64,000 bases of DNA. Source: Schizochytrium sp. TIO01 (taxonomy: Eukaryota > Protista > Bigyra: Labyrinthulomycetes). The notes under the pieces were generated by a model, which saw only the letters and a program-made list of their open reading frames with translations, searched no databases and had not been told where the DNA came from. The stretch spans positions 124,001 to 188,000 of the forward strand of contig SMSO01000034.1 of assembly GCA_004764695.1 (NCBI GenBank), read 5' to 3'. The translations under genes and the position numbers were made by a program. Below are positions 24,703 to 35,122 of this stretch, piece by piece (position 1 is the first letter of the stretch; every line of letters begins with the position of its first letter).

Positions 24703-26241
24703 ATGACTAAGCACCCAAAAGAATGCAAGTGTTTCTCCGTGGGAGTTCCAGGTAGTATCGTCGTACATCAGAAATCAATGACGGGTCTCGTTCTGGCGCA
24801 GAAGAATAACGCTGCATCCAGAAGTGGCTCGCTCGAAAAAGGGTTTTACGTATGTGCTACCCCAAACACAACGTCAGCACTGAAGCCTGGAGATCAGATT
24901 CAAGCAATTGAGACGATAAATTCTAGCCCATTCACAAAGGGTAGGAGCAACACCACAAACAACTTCATCAGTCATCTCAGCATTTCCAACGTCCTTCAAG
25001 TTCTTCGCAATGCCCCGAAACACGGTTTGTGGTTCATGGTCATGCGACCTTCCGTAAGGTCAAATCTGGATGGTCTGAAGAACTTGAAAAAGCATACTGT
25101 GCATGAAGCCAATGGTATTAAAGCTGCTCAGACACCACCAGAGGCTGTGACGCCGATAGTAAATTTAGAGACGGTCTCTTTGCCAAAACCTGAGTCACAA
25201 GTTACTCAACAAACCAACACCACGGGACCTCCGTCAAATCTTGCTGCTAAGGACTCTGCTGTAGAATACACGATATCCTCCAAGCCTCCAGGTAGAGATA
25301 GCGACAAAATTAATCGACAAGATTGCTATGGGAGAACCGCTCTAATGCAGGCATGTATGGGTCTCAATCGAGATATTATGAACTGTGAAGTAGTCAAAGA
25401 ACTGGTCAAGAAGTCTAACGTATTCCTAGTGGATAAGAAAGGCCGGACGGCATTGATCCATGCATGCAAAGCGACGTCAAACGAAGAGTTCGCGATATCC
25501 ATATTGCAAGTACTGTCTCTAGAAAACTGCTTACTTTCTGCAGAAGCACGCAAGAAGTTAGTTGATGTAGCTGACGTGGATGGCAAAACGGCGTTGATGT
25601 ATGCATGTAGAAATGGCTATGCCGAGGTAGCCAAAATTCTTATTCATGAGTTTCAAGCGGATGTTGTTTTGCGAGACAAGAAAGGTTCAGACGCATATAT
25701 CTATTCGTGTGAACCCTTACACGATGCGATGGTTGAAATACAGGAGGTCCTCTCAGAGTCGTCGATGTTTACACAACGCGCATTGACGTATGAATATGAT
25801 TGTTTCATGGCGCATTCGTGGGGTCATAGGAACCAAACTCACAAACGAATTGAACGTATTAGCGCCAAGCTTCGAGGTCATGGCCTGAAGCCCTGGGTCG
25901 ACACTGCGCAGATAAGGCGAACGTTCGTTCAGACCATTGCGGAAGGTATTGACAAGTCGCGGAAATTTGTTGTTTTCCTTACTCAAGATTACATGGAAAA
26001 GCTTAAAAATCCAGGCGGGGTGAGCGAGTACTGCAGTATGGAGTTTGGGTATGTGCATATGCAAAACCGAAAAAATGATGTCATCGTGGTCATTCTTCAG
26101 CACTGCATGCTAAATACTCAATCTTGGAGTGGCCCTTTCCTCATGCGACAACATGACTGTGTTTTCATTGACTTTTCCTCTGAAGAACTTGAGAAGAAAA
26201 ACTTTCACAAACTCTTACACATGATCAACTTAAATTTCTGA
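24703..26241 (+). CDS. PDZ-like - ankyrin repeat - TIR domain protein (TIR-A, 512 aa)
   Basis: PDZ-like GFYV..LKPGDQIQAI..VLQVLRNAP. Ankyrins GRTALMQAC, GRTALIHAC, GKTALMYAC. TIR YDCFMAHSWG..WVD..IAEGIDKSRKFVVFLTQDY..YCSMEF (E447, codon 26041-26043). Confidence 0.85.
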   Translation: MTKHPKECKCFSVGVPGSIVVHQKSMTGLVLAQKNNAASRSGSLEKGFYVCATPNTTSALKPGDQIQAIETINSSPFTKGRSNTTNNFISHLSISNVLQVLRNAPKHGLWFMVMRPSVRSNLDGLKNLKKHTVHEANGIKAAQTPPEAVTPIVNLETVSLPKPESQVTQQTNTTGPPSNLAAKDSAVEYTISSKPPGRDSDKINRQDCYGRTALMQACMGLNRDIMNCEVVKELVKKSNVFLVDKKGRTALIHACKATSNEEFAISILQVLSLENCLLSAEARKKLVDVADVDGKTALMYACRNGYAEVAKILIHEFQADVVLRDKKGSDAYIYSCEPLHDAMVEIQEVLSESSMFTQRALTYEYDCFMAHSWGHRNQTHKRIERISAKLRGHGLKPWVDTAQIRRTFVQTIAEGIDKSRKFVVFLTQDYMEKLKNPGGVSEYCSMEFGYVHMQNRKNDVIVVILQHCMLNTQSWSGPFLMRQHDCVFIDFSSEELEKKNFHKLLHMINLNF

Positions 26242-28567
26242 AATGCTTTGCACTCCCCCCCCCCCCTGGAAGGCAATTTCTCTTAAATGGGAAGGGGCGT
26301 CTTACGTTTTTCAGTTGGGTGATACAAATTGTAGGTTTCCCAAATTCAATTCATCATCACACAGGCCTGCTGTGGTCTCTTTTTATATCTAGCTACATAT
26401 GGAAGAACTGTGCGACTATAGGCCTATAATATATAAATTGATATCTAAATAACTCTAATTGATGGTCTGCTTATGTTTTATGCTGTTGACACTGGGCACT
26501 CGAAGTGGTAATGATGGTTGAAGGCAATTTGAAAGTTGGTGTTCAGGAATGCAGATAAAAGAGGTTCATTCAATCCAGCATTGATCACCTCGCACCAGCT
26601 CCTGAGTACGAAAAATGACAATTCAAATGAGTGTATACACCAAGCAATCCCTTACGTCCTCCTTTGATCTTAAGGTTGGACGGACAGACTCAATGACTAA
26701 GAGGGCGTGAGTGTTCATGAATGCACCTCGCAGCCTAAGCTCTTGCTCTGCTCTATTTGACTTTAAATGGCTTAGAGTTGTGCAAGGCAATTACACCTGC
26801 TCATCATTAGTCAATTCAAGAATAGAAGCACTTGAATCGTTAATGGAAGATAGAGGGTTCATGTTATACATATAGAGACCTTGTTTGGGTTCATTGATTT
26901 AAGATCGATTTGCTGCAAATTAACCAGTTGAAAGGAAGAATGATGCATATATTTAGTTACTTTCGCCTGAAAGTGTAAACAGGAACAGGGTTGAAAGGTC
27001 ACAAATACCCGCGCGCTTACTACCCGATGAAGAGATACTAGGTTCTTATTCCAACTTGTTGTGTACTCCCGAACAAAGAAGCGAAGAAGCCGTACTCAAC
27101 TAATCCGTGAATCCTATCAAGTGCTGCTCGACGCAATCGCGTTTTTACTATTGCACAAAGCAGTATTTCAAGTGGCCTGGAAACCTCAGGTCGTGGTAAA
27201 CATCTAAAATGGCAAGCCGCAATGGATTTTTCGCAGTAAATTTTCCAAGCAAAGATAGGAAGAGCTACCTACCTATACGTCTCATCATAATATTGAAGAT
27301 TGCCGAACACGCATGCTTTTCCTCTTTACTCACGTTTTGGCCCAAGAATTCACGGATGATAATTGTTGTTTAACTCGTGGGTAGAAAAAGATACCTTGCT
27401 ATTATTTCTGGCTTTTGCCTTTGGAAGGGTTAGGTGTCAAGTTCAAACTTGAATCATCAAATGATCATTGTCAAACGAGCGCCCCCCCTGTACCCACTTC
27501 GCGATGATTCTAGGCAGAGCCTAATTAGTTATGGAATAAGTTCAGACCACTTAAGCCGGGAAAAAAAGTTAGGCTTAATTGGATTTGTCTCTGAGTTTAG
27601 TCTGTAAAGTTTGCTGTAAAAGACGGACTGCTTGCACCTCATCCTTGTCTTATACGAGTGCAGCCAGGTAGGTTAGTCACTTTTCCCAAGACCAATAGTA
27701 CCTTCTGAAATTTTCAGAAGTCCGTGACTAGCTTTATTAATTTCATGTTTTTATTTTCTTAACATCATAGAGAAAAAGTTGAGTAGTTGGCTTGGACACC
27801 ACGTCGACAGTATTACACAACTTCATAGCGAGTGGGTGATGGCTTGTAAGATTTAGGTTTAATGGGTGTTTAAAATTGAAGTGTCCTTTGTCTGGGTCGA
27901 GTTTATAAAATAATCGCCGAGTAAATGTAAGTGAAATAAAAATAAAAAACAGCTTTTGGGTCGCAGGAGTTTGAGTAAAATGAGCCTATTGCTTTTGAAG
28001 AAGAAGTTGAAATCGTCGAATCGGACGACTTGAAGCTATGAACTTTTGTGCCAAGTATATTGTATTTCGTTGCTTGTATCAGAGCCTCCTTCTGACGACG
28101 TTTTACGAATCTTTTTTTCAATGGCAAGCAGAGGTAAGTTTGAAGGTACGACCGCTCCCGCAATTCATTTTTTTTTCAACTTTTCAAATTCTAATATATC
28201 CTACTGCGGCCATACATATGTATGATTGATTAAATTTTTTAATTTTTGAAAGGAGTGAAATTTAATTAAAACTTTAAAACTTATTGGATTGATTTTGTTT
28301 TTCAAGATTCGTTCATCATACTCTCACCAATCAGCAACTCTTCGTAAAACCTTACTGAGTAAAACTTCAAGTATAAATTTCAGATCTCAGAATCGACAGA
28401 TTTCTTTATCTCTAAGTTTTAAATGGGTGGCAGGCACTAAACACAATTTTCTTCTAGGAACTCAGATGACGGAGGGTTAGACTGCAGCAGAACCTCAACT
28501 CGCTGATCTTCACAAACTCAAAACATCGCTAAAGAGAGTCAAACAAATAACTTCAACAATAGCCAAC

Positions 28568-29602
28568 ATGCATGCACGCACTAAGACACTCCAGTGTGAT
28601 TGCTTTGAAAGGAGACGTGAAGGTAGTATTGTCGTGCACCAGACATCCATAGCAGGTCTCTCTCTGACCTACATACCAAAGGCAACCAGCTCATTTAATA
28701 GAGGGTTTCATGTATGTGCTGTTCCAAAGAGTAAGTCAGAGTTAAAGGTCGGCGATCAGATTATAGGAATCGAGACGATCAACTCGAGCCGTTTCACGAG
28801 GGATAAAAAAGGCACCTCAAACAACTTAATCAGTCAACTTGGTATTGGCGATGTACTCAATGTTCTGAACAGTGCCCCGCGTCGCGGGCTGTGGTTCTTG
28901 ATCTTGCGCCCTGCTGGGAAAACAAATCTTACATTTTTGAAGAAGCAACAACAAAAGACAGTTGTTGCCGCTTCGTCCGAGAAAGTGTCATCTTCCGAGA
29001 AAGTGTCATCGTCCAAGAAAGTGTCATCGTCCAAGAAAGTGTCATCCGAGGAGTCGGAGTCGTCAGAGGAGTTGTCTTCCGAGGAAGAGTTGTCTTCCGA
29101 GGAAGAGTCGTCTTCCGAGGAGGAGTCGTCTTCCGAGGAGGAGTCGTCAGAGGAGTTCGAATGGGATTGTTTCTTGTCGTATTGTTGGGGTCACGATATG
29201 CAAACACGTGAACGTGTGAAATCCATTTGTGATAAACTAAAAGAACATGGCGTGAATCCCTGGCTTGACTCAGAGCAGCTGCAGCACTCAATGCTTATTG
29301 GCATGTCAGAAGGTATTGAGTTTTCGCGAAAGTTCGTCGTTTTCCTTACTGCGGAATACCTGGATTGCTTAGATGAACTAGATGGGCGCAAAGACTATTG
29401 CAGTATGGAATTTGGCTATATAACTCTAAGTGGTCGTAAGAACGATGTGATTGTGGTTGTTCTGGATGAAGATATGAAGAACACTGAATGTTGGCAAGGC
29501 CCTTTTATGCTTTCTCAGAGCGGCTGTATTTTCCATGACTTCTCTACAACGGAAAAAGAGGAGTGTAACTTTGAATATCTCTTGGAAGCGATAAGGAGAT
29601 AA
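28568..29602 (+). CDS. PDZ-like - Ser/Lys/Glu repeat - TIR domain protein (TIR-B, 344 aa), paralog of TIR-A
   Basis: N-terminus aligns with TIR-A (GSIVVHQ, GFHVCA, LKVGDQI, IETINSS, GLWF). TIR WDCFLSYCWG..WLD..EGIEFSRKFVVFLT..YCSMEF (E281, codon 29408-29410). Confidence 0.85.
   Translation: MHARTKTLQCDCFERRREGSIVVHQTSIAGLSLTYIPKATSSFNRGFHVCAVPKSKSELKVGDQIIGIETINSSRFTRDKKGTSNNLISQLGIGDVLNVLNSAPRRGLWFLILRPAGKTNLTFLKKQQQKTVVAASSEKVSSSEKVSSSKKVSSSKKVSSEESESSEELSSEEELSSEEESSSEEESSSEEESSEEFEWDCFLSYCWGHDMQTRERVKSICDKLKEHGVNPWLDSEQLQHSMLIGMSEGIEFSRKFVVFLTAEYLDCLDELDGRKDYCSMEFGYITLSGRKNDVIVVVLDEDMKNTECWQGPFMLSQSGCIFHDFSTTEKEECNFEYLLEAIRR
28973..29155 (+). repeat. Coding 18-bp minisatellite (SSEKVS/SSKKVS then SSEEES units)
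   Basis: TCGTCCGAGAAAGTGTCA-type x4 followed by TCTTCCGAGGAGGAGTCG-type units. Confidence 0.9.
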
Positions 29603-29887
29603 ATTGTTGAGAGATTTCTATAAAGCAGAAGATTGTCCTCAGCGTAAGGAGAAAGATCCTCTTGTCTGGGCAATTGGGCAATTTCTTCAGCAAGAGATTA
29701 TCCTGTAGACTTGCTAAACCAGCATACCTATGCAGGTTAACGTATACTGGAGTTACTGACAGGGCTGCGCAAGCCCAGGGGGAATTTGGTATACCTAATA
29801 GCGTCTAAATACCTTGAGTGATGGGCTGCCAATGCCCAAATCAGTTTAACAGTGCTCCCGTACTGGTATCCGGTAGATTTTATGTTT

Positions 29888-30007
29888 CGAGATGTTAATT
29901 GATGGTTGAAAGCAACCAAAGAGCTAGGTTTCATCTAGATTTTGCGAGGAACCTTAAGCTTACCGAAGTCCATACATTGTAGTGTAGATTAACCCACTCT
30001 GAATTGG
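29888..30007 (+). repeat. Dispersed ~120-bp non-coding repeat, copy A (3' flank of TIR-B)
   Basis: Aligns with 35011-35122 (ttaattgatgg..agcaacc..taggtttcatc.aga..taccgaa..gtagat..cactctgaattgg). Short third copy TGATGGTTGAAGGCAA at 26512-26527, 3' of TIR-A. Confidence 0.8.
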
Positions 30008-30508
30008 ATCAGGTCACTAGCTTATAACCCTAAGAGCATAACGATTTAGTAGAGTTTACCCTACAATACTTTCTTGTGCTTGTAGTTACGAGCCATATGA
30101 GTTGCCTTTGGTTTTATCCAAGTGAAAGGTCTATTAGGAGTAGCTTCTGACCGGTGTGTGTGTGTGTGTGAGGGAGAGAGTGTACCGCTGTGAGTGGCAT
30201 GCTTTGATATGAGCAAAGGGATTGGTAGGAGTATTATCTTCCGACTAATGAAATAGGCTTGCTTGACTTGAATTTTCGTCCAGGAAAAGGAATTGATAGT
30301 AGCAGCACTACCTGGGTAGTGAGTTGGCCTCAGTCAAAACACCTCTTTTGAGCATATTGCACTTTTTCTATCCATCATCACAGTAGAACGCATGTATTCT
30401 TGAGATTACTCTTTACAATATTGCAAGCTGGAAACTCTGAAAAAGTCTTTATACCAAAAACATTAGTACATAGGCTTCATCGCTTCGGAGCTATCGGAGG
30501 GCAAAATA

Positions 30509-30532
30509 AGAATATTCCCGAAGTTCTCGAAG
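30509..30532. promoter_or_regulatory. Candidate heat-shock element upstream of the CPSF30-like gene
   Basis: aGAAtaTTCccGAAg is a perfect 3-unit nGAAn inverted array, followed by TTCtcGAAg; ~600 nt upstream of ATG 31125. Confidence 0.4.
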
Positions 30533-31124
30533 TTCTCAAAGTTCCATGTCAGTGTTTTCGAGTCGCCAGTCGCACAGACTTGTATCCGCTAAAAACCGTT
30601 CGACACTGCGCGGCACGGCGCGGGCGCGGTTGTGATCACACTATAGTATTGTCATTGCTGCTTCCGCGGCCTATTAATCCGCATCTGACTCGTTGCGGCA
30701 CCGCCTGCTCCAGCCTTGGCGTGAAAATTTACTATTGCATCGGTGTGGCATCGAGGGCCTCTGTAGCTTTTCGCTCTACTTTCTCCTCCCTGTATCAAAT
30801 ACTCGCCAAAACACTCTGACTTGACGAGAATCGTTTATCGGCTTAGCAGATAAGGTGTTATATACCTCGTCTGTACGCATTGACCTTGGACCGTGGGCGA
30901 TCTGATATTGACGAGAGAGGTTTCGCGACTTCTCCACTGAGATTTTAACTGCATCATCTTGTATATATTATTTGGCTGCTTTTATTTTGTTTTAAAAAAG
31001 AAGACAACTCCAGAATCATTTTGGAAAGAAACCTTCACACCAAAACCTCGGGCCTTTCCTTCTTGTGCGATAAGCTTGTGATCAGTACAGACTTGAGCAC
31101 TTCGTTACTTCAATTTTTTGCAGA

Positions 31125-33818
31125 ATGGTGGTGCTCAAACCGGATTTTCAGCGCGATGGCGCAGATCACCGTATGCTCTTTGATTTTGAGCTAGATACAG
31201 CAAAAGCCGTGCAGAGCAAGGCTGGGAAGAGCGAGCAGGTTGTGAAATCTCGCGAGCAAAGATACAAAACTGTTGTGTGCAGACACTGGGTGAAAGATCT
31301 ATGCATGAAAATGGATGACTGCGAATACCTACACGAGTTAAACCCGTCACGCATGCCTGAGTGCCGCTGGGGTGAGAAGTGTCAGGTGCCGGATTGCATT
31401 TTTAAGCACACTAAGGAAGAAGACCGCGTGGAGTGTCTTTTCTACAAAATTGGCTTCTGCAGAAAGGGTCAAACTTGTCATTTCCGACATGTACGCAGAG
31501 CCCCTGAGGAGCTTCCTGAAGTTGTGCCATGGGACGAGATTGGCGACAACAAAATGACTGTCACCGAAATTACTTCGACCGAGGATGGTATTGAAAAGAA
31601 AACAATTGTTCAACACAACGAAAACTACAAGGTCTCGATTTGTAAGCATTGGAAGCAAACTGGAGACTGTCCATTTGGTCAACGTTGCCATTTTGCTCAC
31701 GGTGTACAAGAGTTGCGTCAGCGTGGAGGTGAAAATGAGACGAACGAGAAGGCTACACCTCCAAAGACTCTTCTAGACGATATCATTGAGAATTTCCAAA
31801 CTGAAGCTCGTCACTCGGGTGCCATGATACATCCTCTTGATGATTTGGGTAATGACCTCGATACCCCTGATCGAGAAATCTTTCAGGCAAACGGTAGTCG
31901 CGGAAAACCAGCCTATGTGATTGTGCGCACCACTTCAATGGATCATGTTGCCGCATCACTTAAGTACCGTGCCTGGTCTGTGCTCCCTTGCTTTGTGAAC
32001 AAGCTCAACCATCTTTACGATACTCGACGTGAAGTATACATCATTTTTGCAGCCAATGATTGCTCTCAGTTCACTGGTTGTGCGATAATGACTAGTCATG
32101 TGCAGGCGGATCTTGACTTGCCATTTGTGGATTTACCCCCTGAGGCTGAAGGACATGCTTTCATGTTTAGCGTTCAGTGGGTTTACATGTGCTCTCTTGA
32201 GTTCACTGCAACTGCGTTTCTTCGTATACCTGAACCAGATGTGAAGGCAGATCTGCCAGTTGCCATGGCATATGAGTGTACAGAACTTCCTGTTGAAGAA
32301 GGCCATGCTCTTTTAGTGATGATGTATAGGCAGCCTAGAGTTGATGTGGATGTTTCGCAATTTGGAGATGTCAAGTTGTCCGTACACATGGAGGGCCCTG
32401 ATCCATCATTATATGATGCAATTGACGAGCACATTGAACAATGGTCCAAATTTGAGCTCGAGAACCCGAACTTTCATCACACAACAACCCAGCGTGGCGG
32501 AAGAGAATCTACCGGACCTGGTACATCAGCCAGTGCTGGAGGTGAAGCCCAAGTTCTGGGCCCAGGTGGTGTTCCTGTGGCCCCAGGATCTATTCACGTC
32601 AAACGACCCGGCTTTGTAATTGGCTGTGATCGAGAGTCATTTTGTGCTGACATGGTTCGCTCAAAGGTAATGGCTGGAAGCTATGCTCACAAGTCAGATA
32701 TGGCAGTCATCCAGCCTGGTACTCCTCTTGTTCTTTTTGACATCACGGCTGGTAAGCTTATTGGTGTTTTTGAAGCTCTTGGACCGGCCGAGGAAATGAT
32801 CGAACCCACTCTTTTTATTAGCCACGATGATGATAGCGAGTCCGCACTTCCTGTACAAGTTCGCATGCGCCGTGTCATGGATGGCCCTCCGCTCAATGTA
32901 CGCCAAGTTCCTGCCACGGTCTTGAAGACCGAGGGTGGGATGGCTTCAGCATTTGTTCCCATTGAGCCGAGAAAGATGCAGCAGCTTGCCAATTTGTTTA
33001 CCCGTGCTGCAGGTGCACCGGCTGCTGCTGCTCCGGAGAATGTCGAGGTTGCGGCAAGCTATCCTCCTGGAATTACCATCAACGAACTCCCAACCTCCCG
33101 GAACAATGAAGTCGGTAAGTCCGTAGCGGTCAATATTCCTTTTCCGCAACACTTCAAAGCAGCACATCGTATTATTGGCAAGGGTGGTAGTAACATTCAA
33201 CGTATTCAGGACTGTGGTGTTCGTTGTATTGTTAAAGCTCTTGGAGCACCAAGTAACCAGAATCAAGGTAACATTGTTGGTCCCTTTGAAGTGCTCGTGT
33301 ACTCTGACAATATGGAAAATGTGGACAGGGCTATTCGTCTTGTCACTGATATGGCCGAACAAATTATTGAGCGCTTCGAGGATCATGAGCGTGGCCCAGG
33401 GCGTGGTGGGCCCCGTGACAGAGATGGCGCTAGTGTTGCCGGTAGCGATCGTGGCGGAAATGATCGAGGATTCCGAGGTGGTGGAAACGGACGTGGTGGT
33501 GGAATGGGCGGCAATGACCGTGATAGAAGAGGACCCCCTATGCAAAGGGGGGGACGAGGCCGCGATAGGGAACGCGGCCCACCACGTGACTTTGATGATC
33601 GAAGGGGAAACACACCGTCGCCAGCACCTTCGTCCCGTTTTGATGACCGGCGGCGCGGGGTTAATGGTGGTCCTGGCCCTGACCGTAACTCGGATTTTGG
33701 CTCTGTGGGTGGCCGTGGTCCACCTCCTTCCAGATATCGTGATCGTGATGACATGAGTGACCGGCGTGGTCCTCCGCGTCGAAGGAATAGATCCCCCGGT
33801 CGCACTCATGAGTATTAG
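31125..33818 (+). CDS. CPSF30: CPSF30-like RNA-binding protein: 4 CCCH zinc fingers + YTH + DCD + KH + RGG tail (897 aa)
   Basis: N-terminal LFDFE and RYKTVVCRHW..LC..DCEYLH fingers. Fourth finger YKVSICKHW..CPFGQRCHFAHG. YTH (AWSV..IIFAAN..FTGCAIMTS..FSVQW), DCD (GFVIGC..IQPGTPLVLFD..LIGVFEA..PVQVR), KH (RIIGKGGSNI). Confidence 0.8.
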   Translation: MVVLKPDFQRDGADHRMLFDFELDTAKAVQSKAGKSEQVVKSREQRYKTVVCRHWVKDLCMKMDDCEYLHELNPSRMPECRWGEKCQVPDCIFKHTKEEDRVECLFYKIGFCRKGQTCHFRHVRRAPEELPEVVPWDEIGDNKMTVTEITSTEDGIEKKTIVQHNENYKVSICKHWKQTGDCPFGQRCHFAHGVQELRQRGGENETNEKATPPKTLLDDIIENFQTEARHSGAMIHPLDDLGNDLDTPDREIFQANGSRGKPAYVIVRTTSMDHVAASLKYRAWSVLPCFVNKLNHLYDTRREVYIIFAANDCSQFTGCAIMTSHVQADLDLPFVDLPPEAEGHAFMFSVQWVYMCSLEFTATAFLRIPEPDVKADLPVAMAYECTELPVEEGHALLVMMYRQPRVDVDVSQFGDVKLSVHMEGPDPSLYDAIDEHIEQWSKFELENPNFHHTTTQRGGRESTGPGTSASAGGEAQVLGPGGVPVAPGSIHVKRPGFVIGCDRESFCADMVRSKVMAGSYAHKSDMAVIQPGTPLVLFDITAGKLIGVFEALGPAEEMIEPTLFISHDDDSESALPVQVRMRRVMDGPPLNVRQVPATVLKTEGGMASAFVPIEPRKMQQLANLFTRAAGAPAAAAPENVEVAASYPPGITINELPTSRNNEVGKSVAVNIPFPQHFKAAHRIIGKGGSNIQRIQDCGVRCIVKALGAPSNQNQGNIVGPFEVLVYSDNMENVDRAIRLVTDMAEQIIERFEDHERGPGRGGPRDRDGASVAGSDRGGNDRGFRGGGNGRGGGMGGNDRDRRGPPMQRGGRGRDRERGPPRDFDDRRGNTPSPAPSSRFDDRRRGVNGGPGPDRNSDFGSVGGRGPPPSRYRDRDDMSDRRGPPRRRNRSPGRTHEY

Positions 33819-34499
33819 ATCAATGTCTCCAATTCTATATAATTTCAATATTAATTTGATGCGTTCACTATTTTTACTTGCGCCATGAAACTTTCACAGC
33901 GATGATTCTGCTTATGCCTACGCACCTTTTTGTTTAAGAGTGAAGAATAGTCCAGTACCACGAAATGTGAGATTGGTTTTCTGAATTTGTTCGAGTAAAG
34001 CTCCTCGCCCCTTTCCATAACGTTGCGAGAAAGATCCTATCCTTCTCTCCTCAAGAAAAAGAAGAAAGAAACAAGACGAGACAAGAGAAAAGCAACAACA
34101 CAATCATATTAATTGAATTTCAGCCGTGACAATAAATCATCGCGAATCACCGACTTTTTTTTCATACATAAGAACTTATAAACATAAAAATTTAGACTCT
34201 CACTTCTCCAGATCTTTAGATACGCTCTTGCAAACACAGCGTATTGCCTTGGTTACCTCCGATTCAAGATTCTTTGATGTCGATCTTAGATCTGTTTTAC
34301 CCTTCCGCTATATCATTAACTGTTGATCGTCTCTAGACTTACTGCCACTCTCGGTATTACATTAATAGACAACAACATCCTTGTCTTGCAACTAGTGGAG
34401 CCCTGCATCTATTAGATAAATAATATGTTTCGATACGAATGATCTTTGCTCTCTAAGTCAATGCCATTGAATCAGCAAGCAGTAAGCAAATTGTAAATG

Positions 34500-34770
34500 A
34501 GGGCTTTCTGCGTTCATTTTTTTTCTCATTGGCTTCATCATCGGCTCTAAGGTTTGATCATCAGTATGTACTGACTCGCAATTTATACCTTCGAGAATCA
34601 TGTCACTGGGTCCTTCTTTAAAAGATTGCGAAGTTTATTGTTATACCGTAACGCATTACCTTTGTACTTTGGTGAATATCAAAAGACTCAATCTTGAAGC
34701 GTCCCTTTCTCATGAATCAACATGATTGTCTTTGCTTAGCGCAGGTTTTTCGTCAGAAGAGAGTTCTCGA
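34500..34770 (+). pseudogene. Decayed fourth TIR-gene copy (C-terminal TIR remnant)
   Basis: 34686-34760 (actcaatcttgaagcgtccctttc-tcatgaatcaacatgattgt...ttttcgtcagaaga) aligns with TIR-A 26116-26186 (TQSWSGPFLMRQHDC..FSSEE), with TGG>TGA and a 1-nt deletion. Followed by repeat copy B. Left boundary approximate. Confidence 0.65.
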
Positions 34771-35010
34771 CTTGATTGCATATTTCTTTGGTTTCTAGGA
34801 ATATGAACTAGCTTTAGCAATATATGATTTGTAGTTTTGCCGAGGTTACTATTCGAATAGCTATGGAGATTTACCATGGATTAGAGTCTCTGGCAGAAGT
34901 ATGTAGGCCTAGCAGTCATATAATAGATATAAGCATATACCCTGATTGATAGATTTCCAAGACTCATCTCAATGAAGCAGGATAACATACGGTACGCTAG
35001 TACCGGGTTC

Positions 35011-35122
35011 CGAGAATTTAATTGATGGACGAGAGCAACCTGACAGTAGGTTTCATCAAGACTTGATAAGAAAGTAAAGTCTACCGAACATTTTAGAGTA
35101 GATCTACCTCACTCTGAATTGG
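35011..35122 (+). repeat. Dispersed ~110-bp non-coding repeat, copy B (3' flank of TIR remnant)
   Basis: Homologous to 29888-30007 in the same orientation. Confidence 0.8.

Noticed and set aside
28973-29155. Regular repeat considered as CRISPR-like
   Set aside because: No unique spacers; it is an in-frame coding minisatellite.
32946-33848. 300-aa antisense ORF over the CPSF30-like 3' end
   Set aside because: Antisense shadow of a biased-codon CDS.
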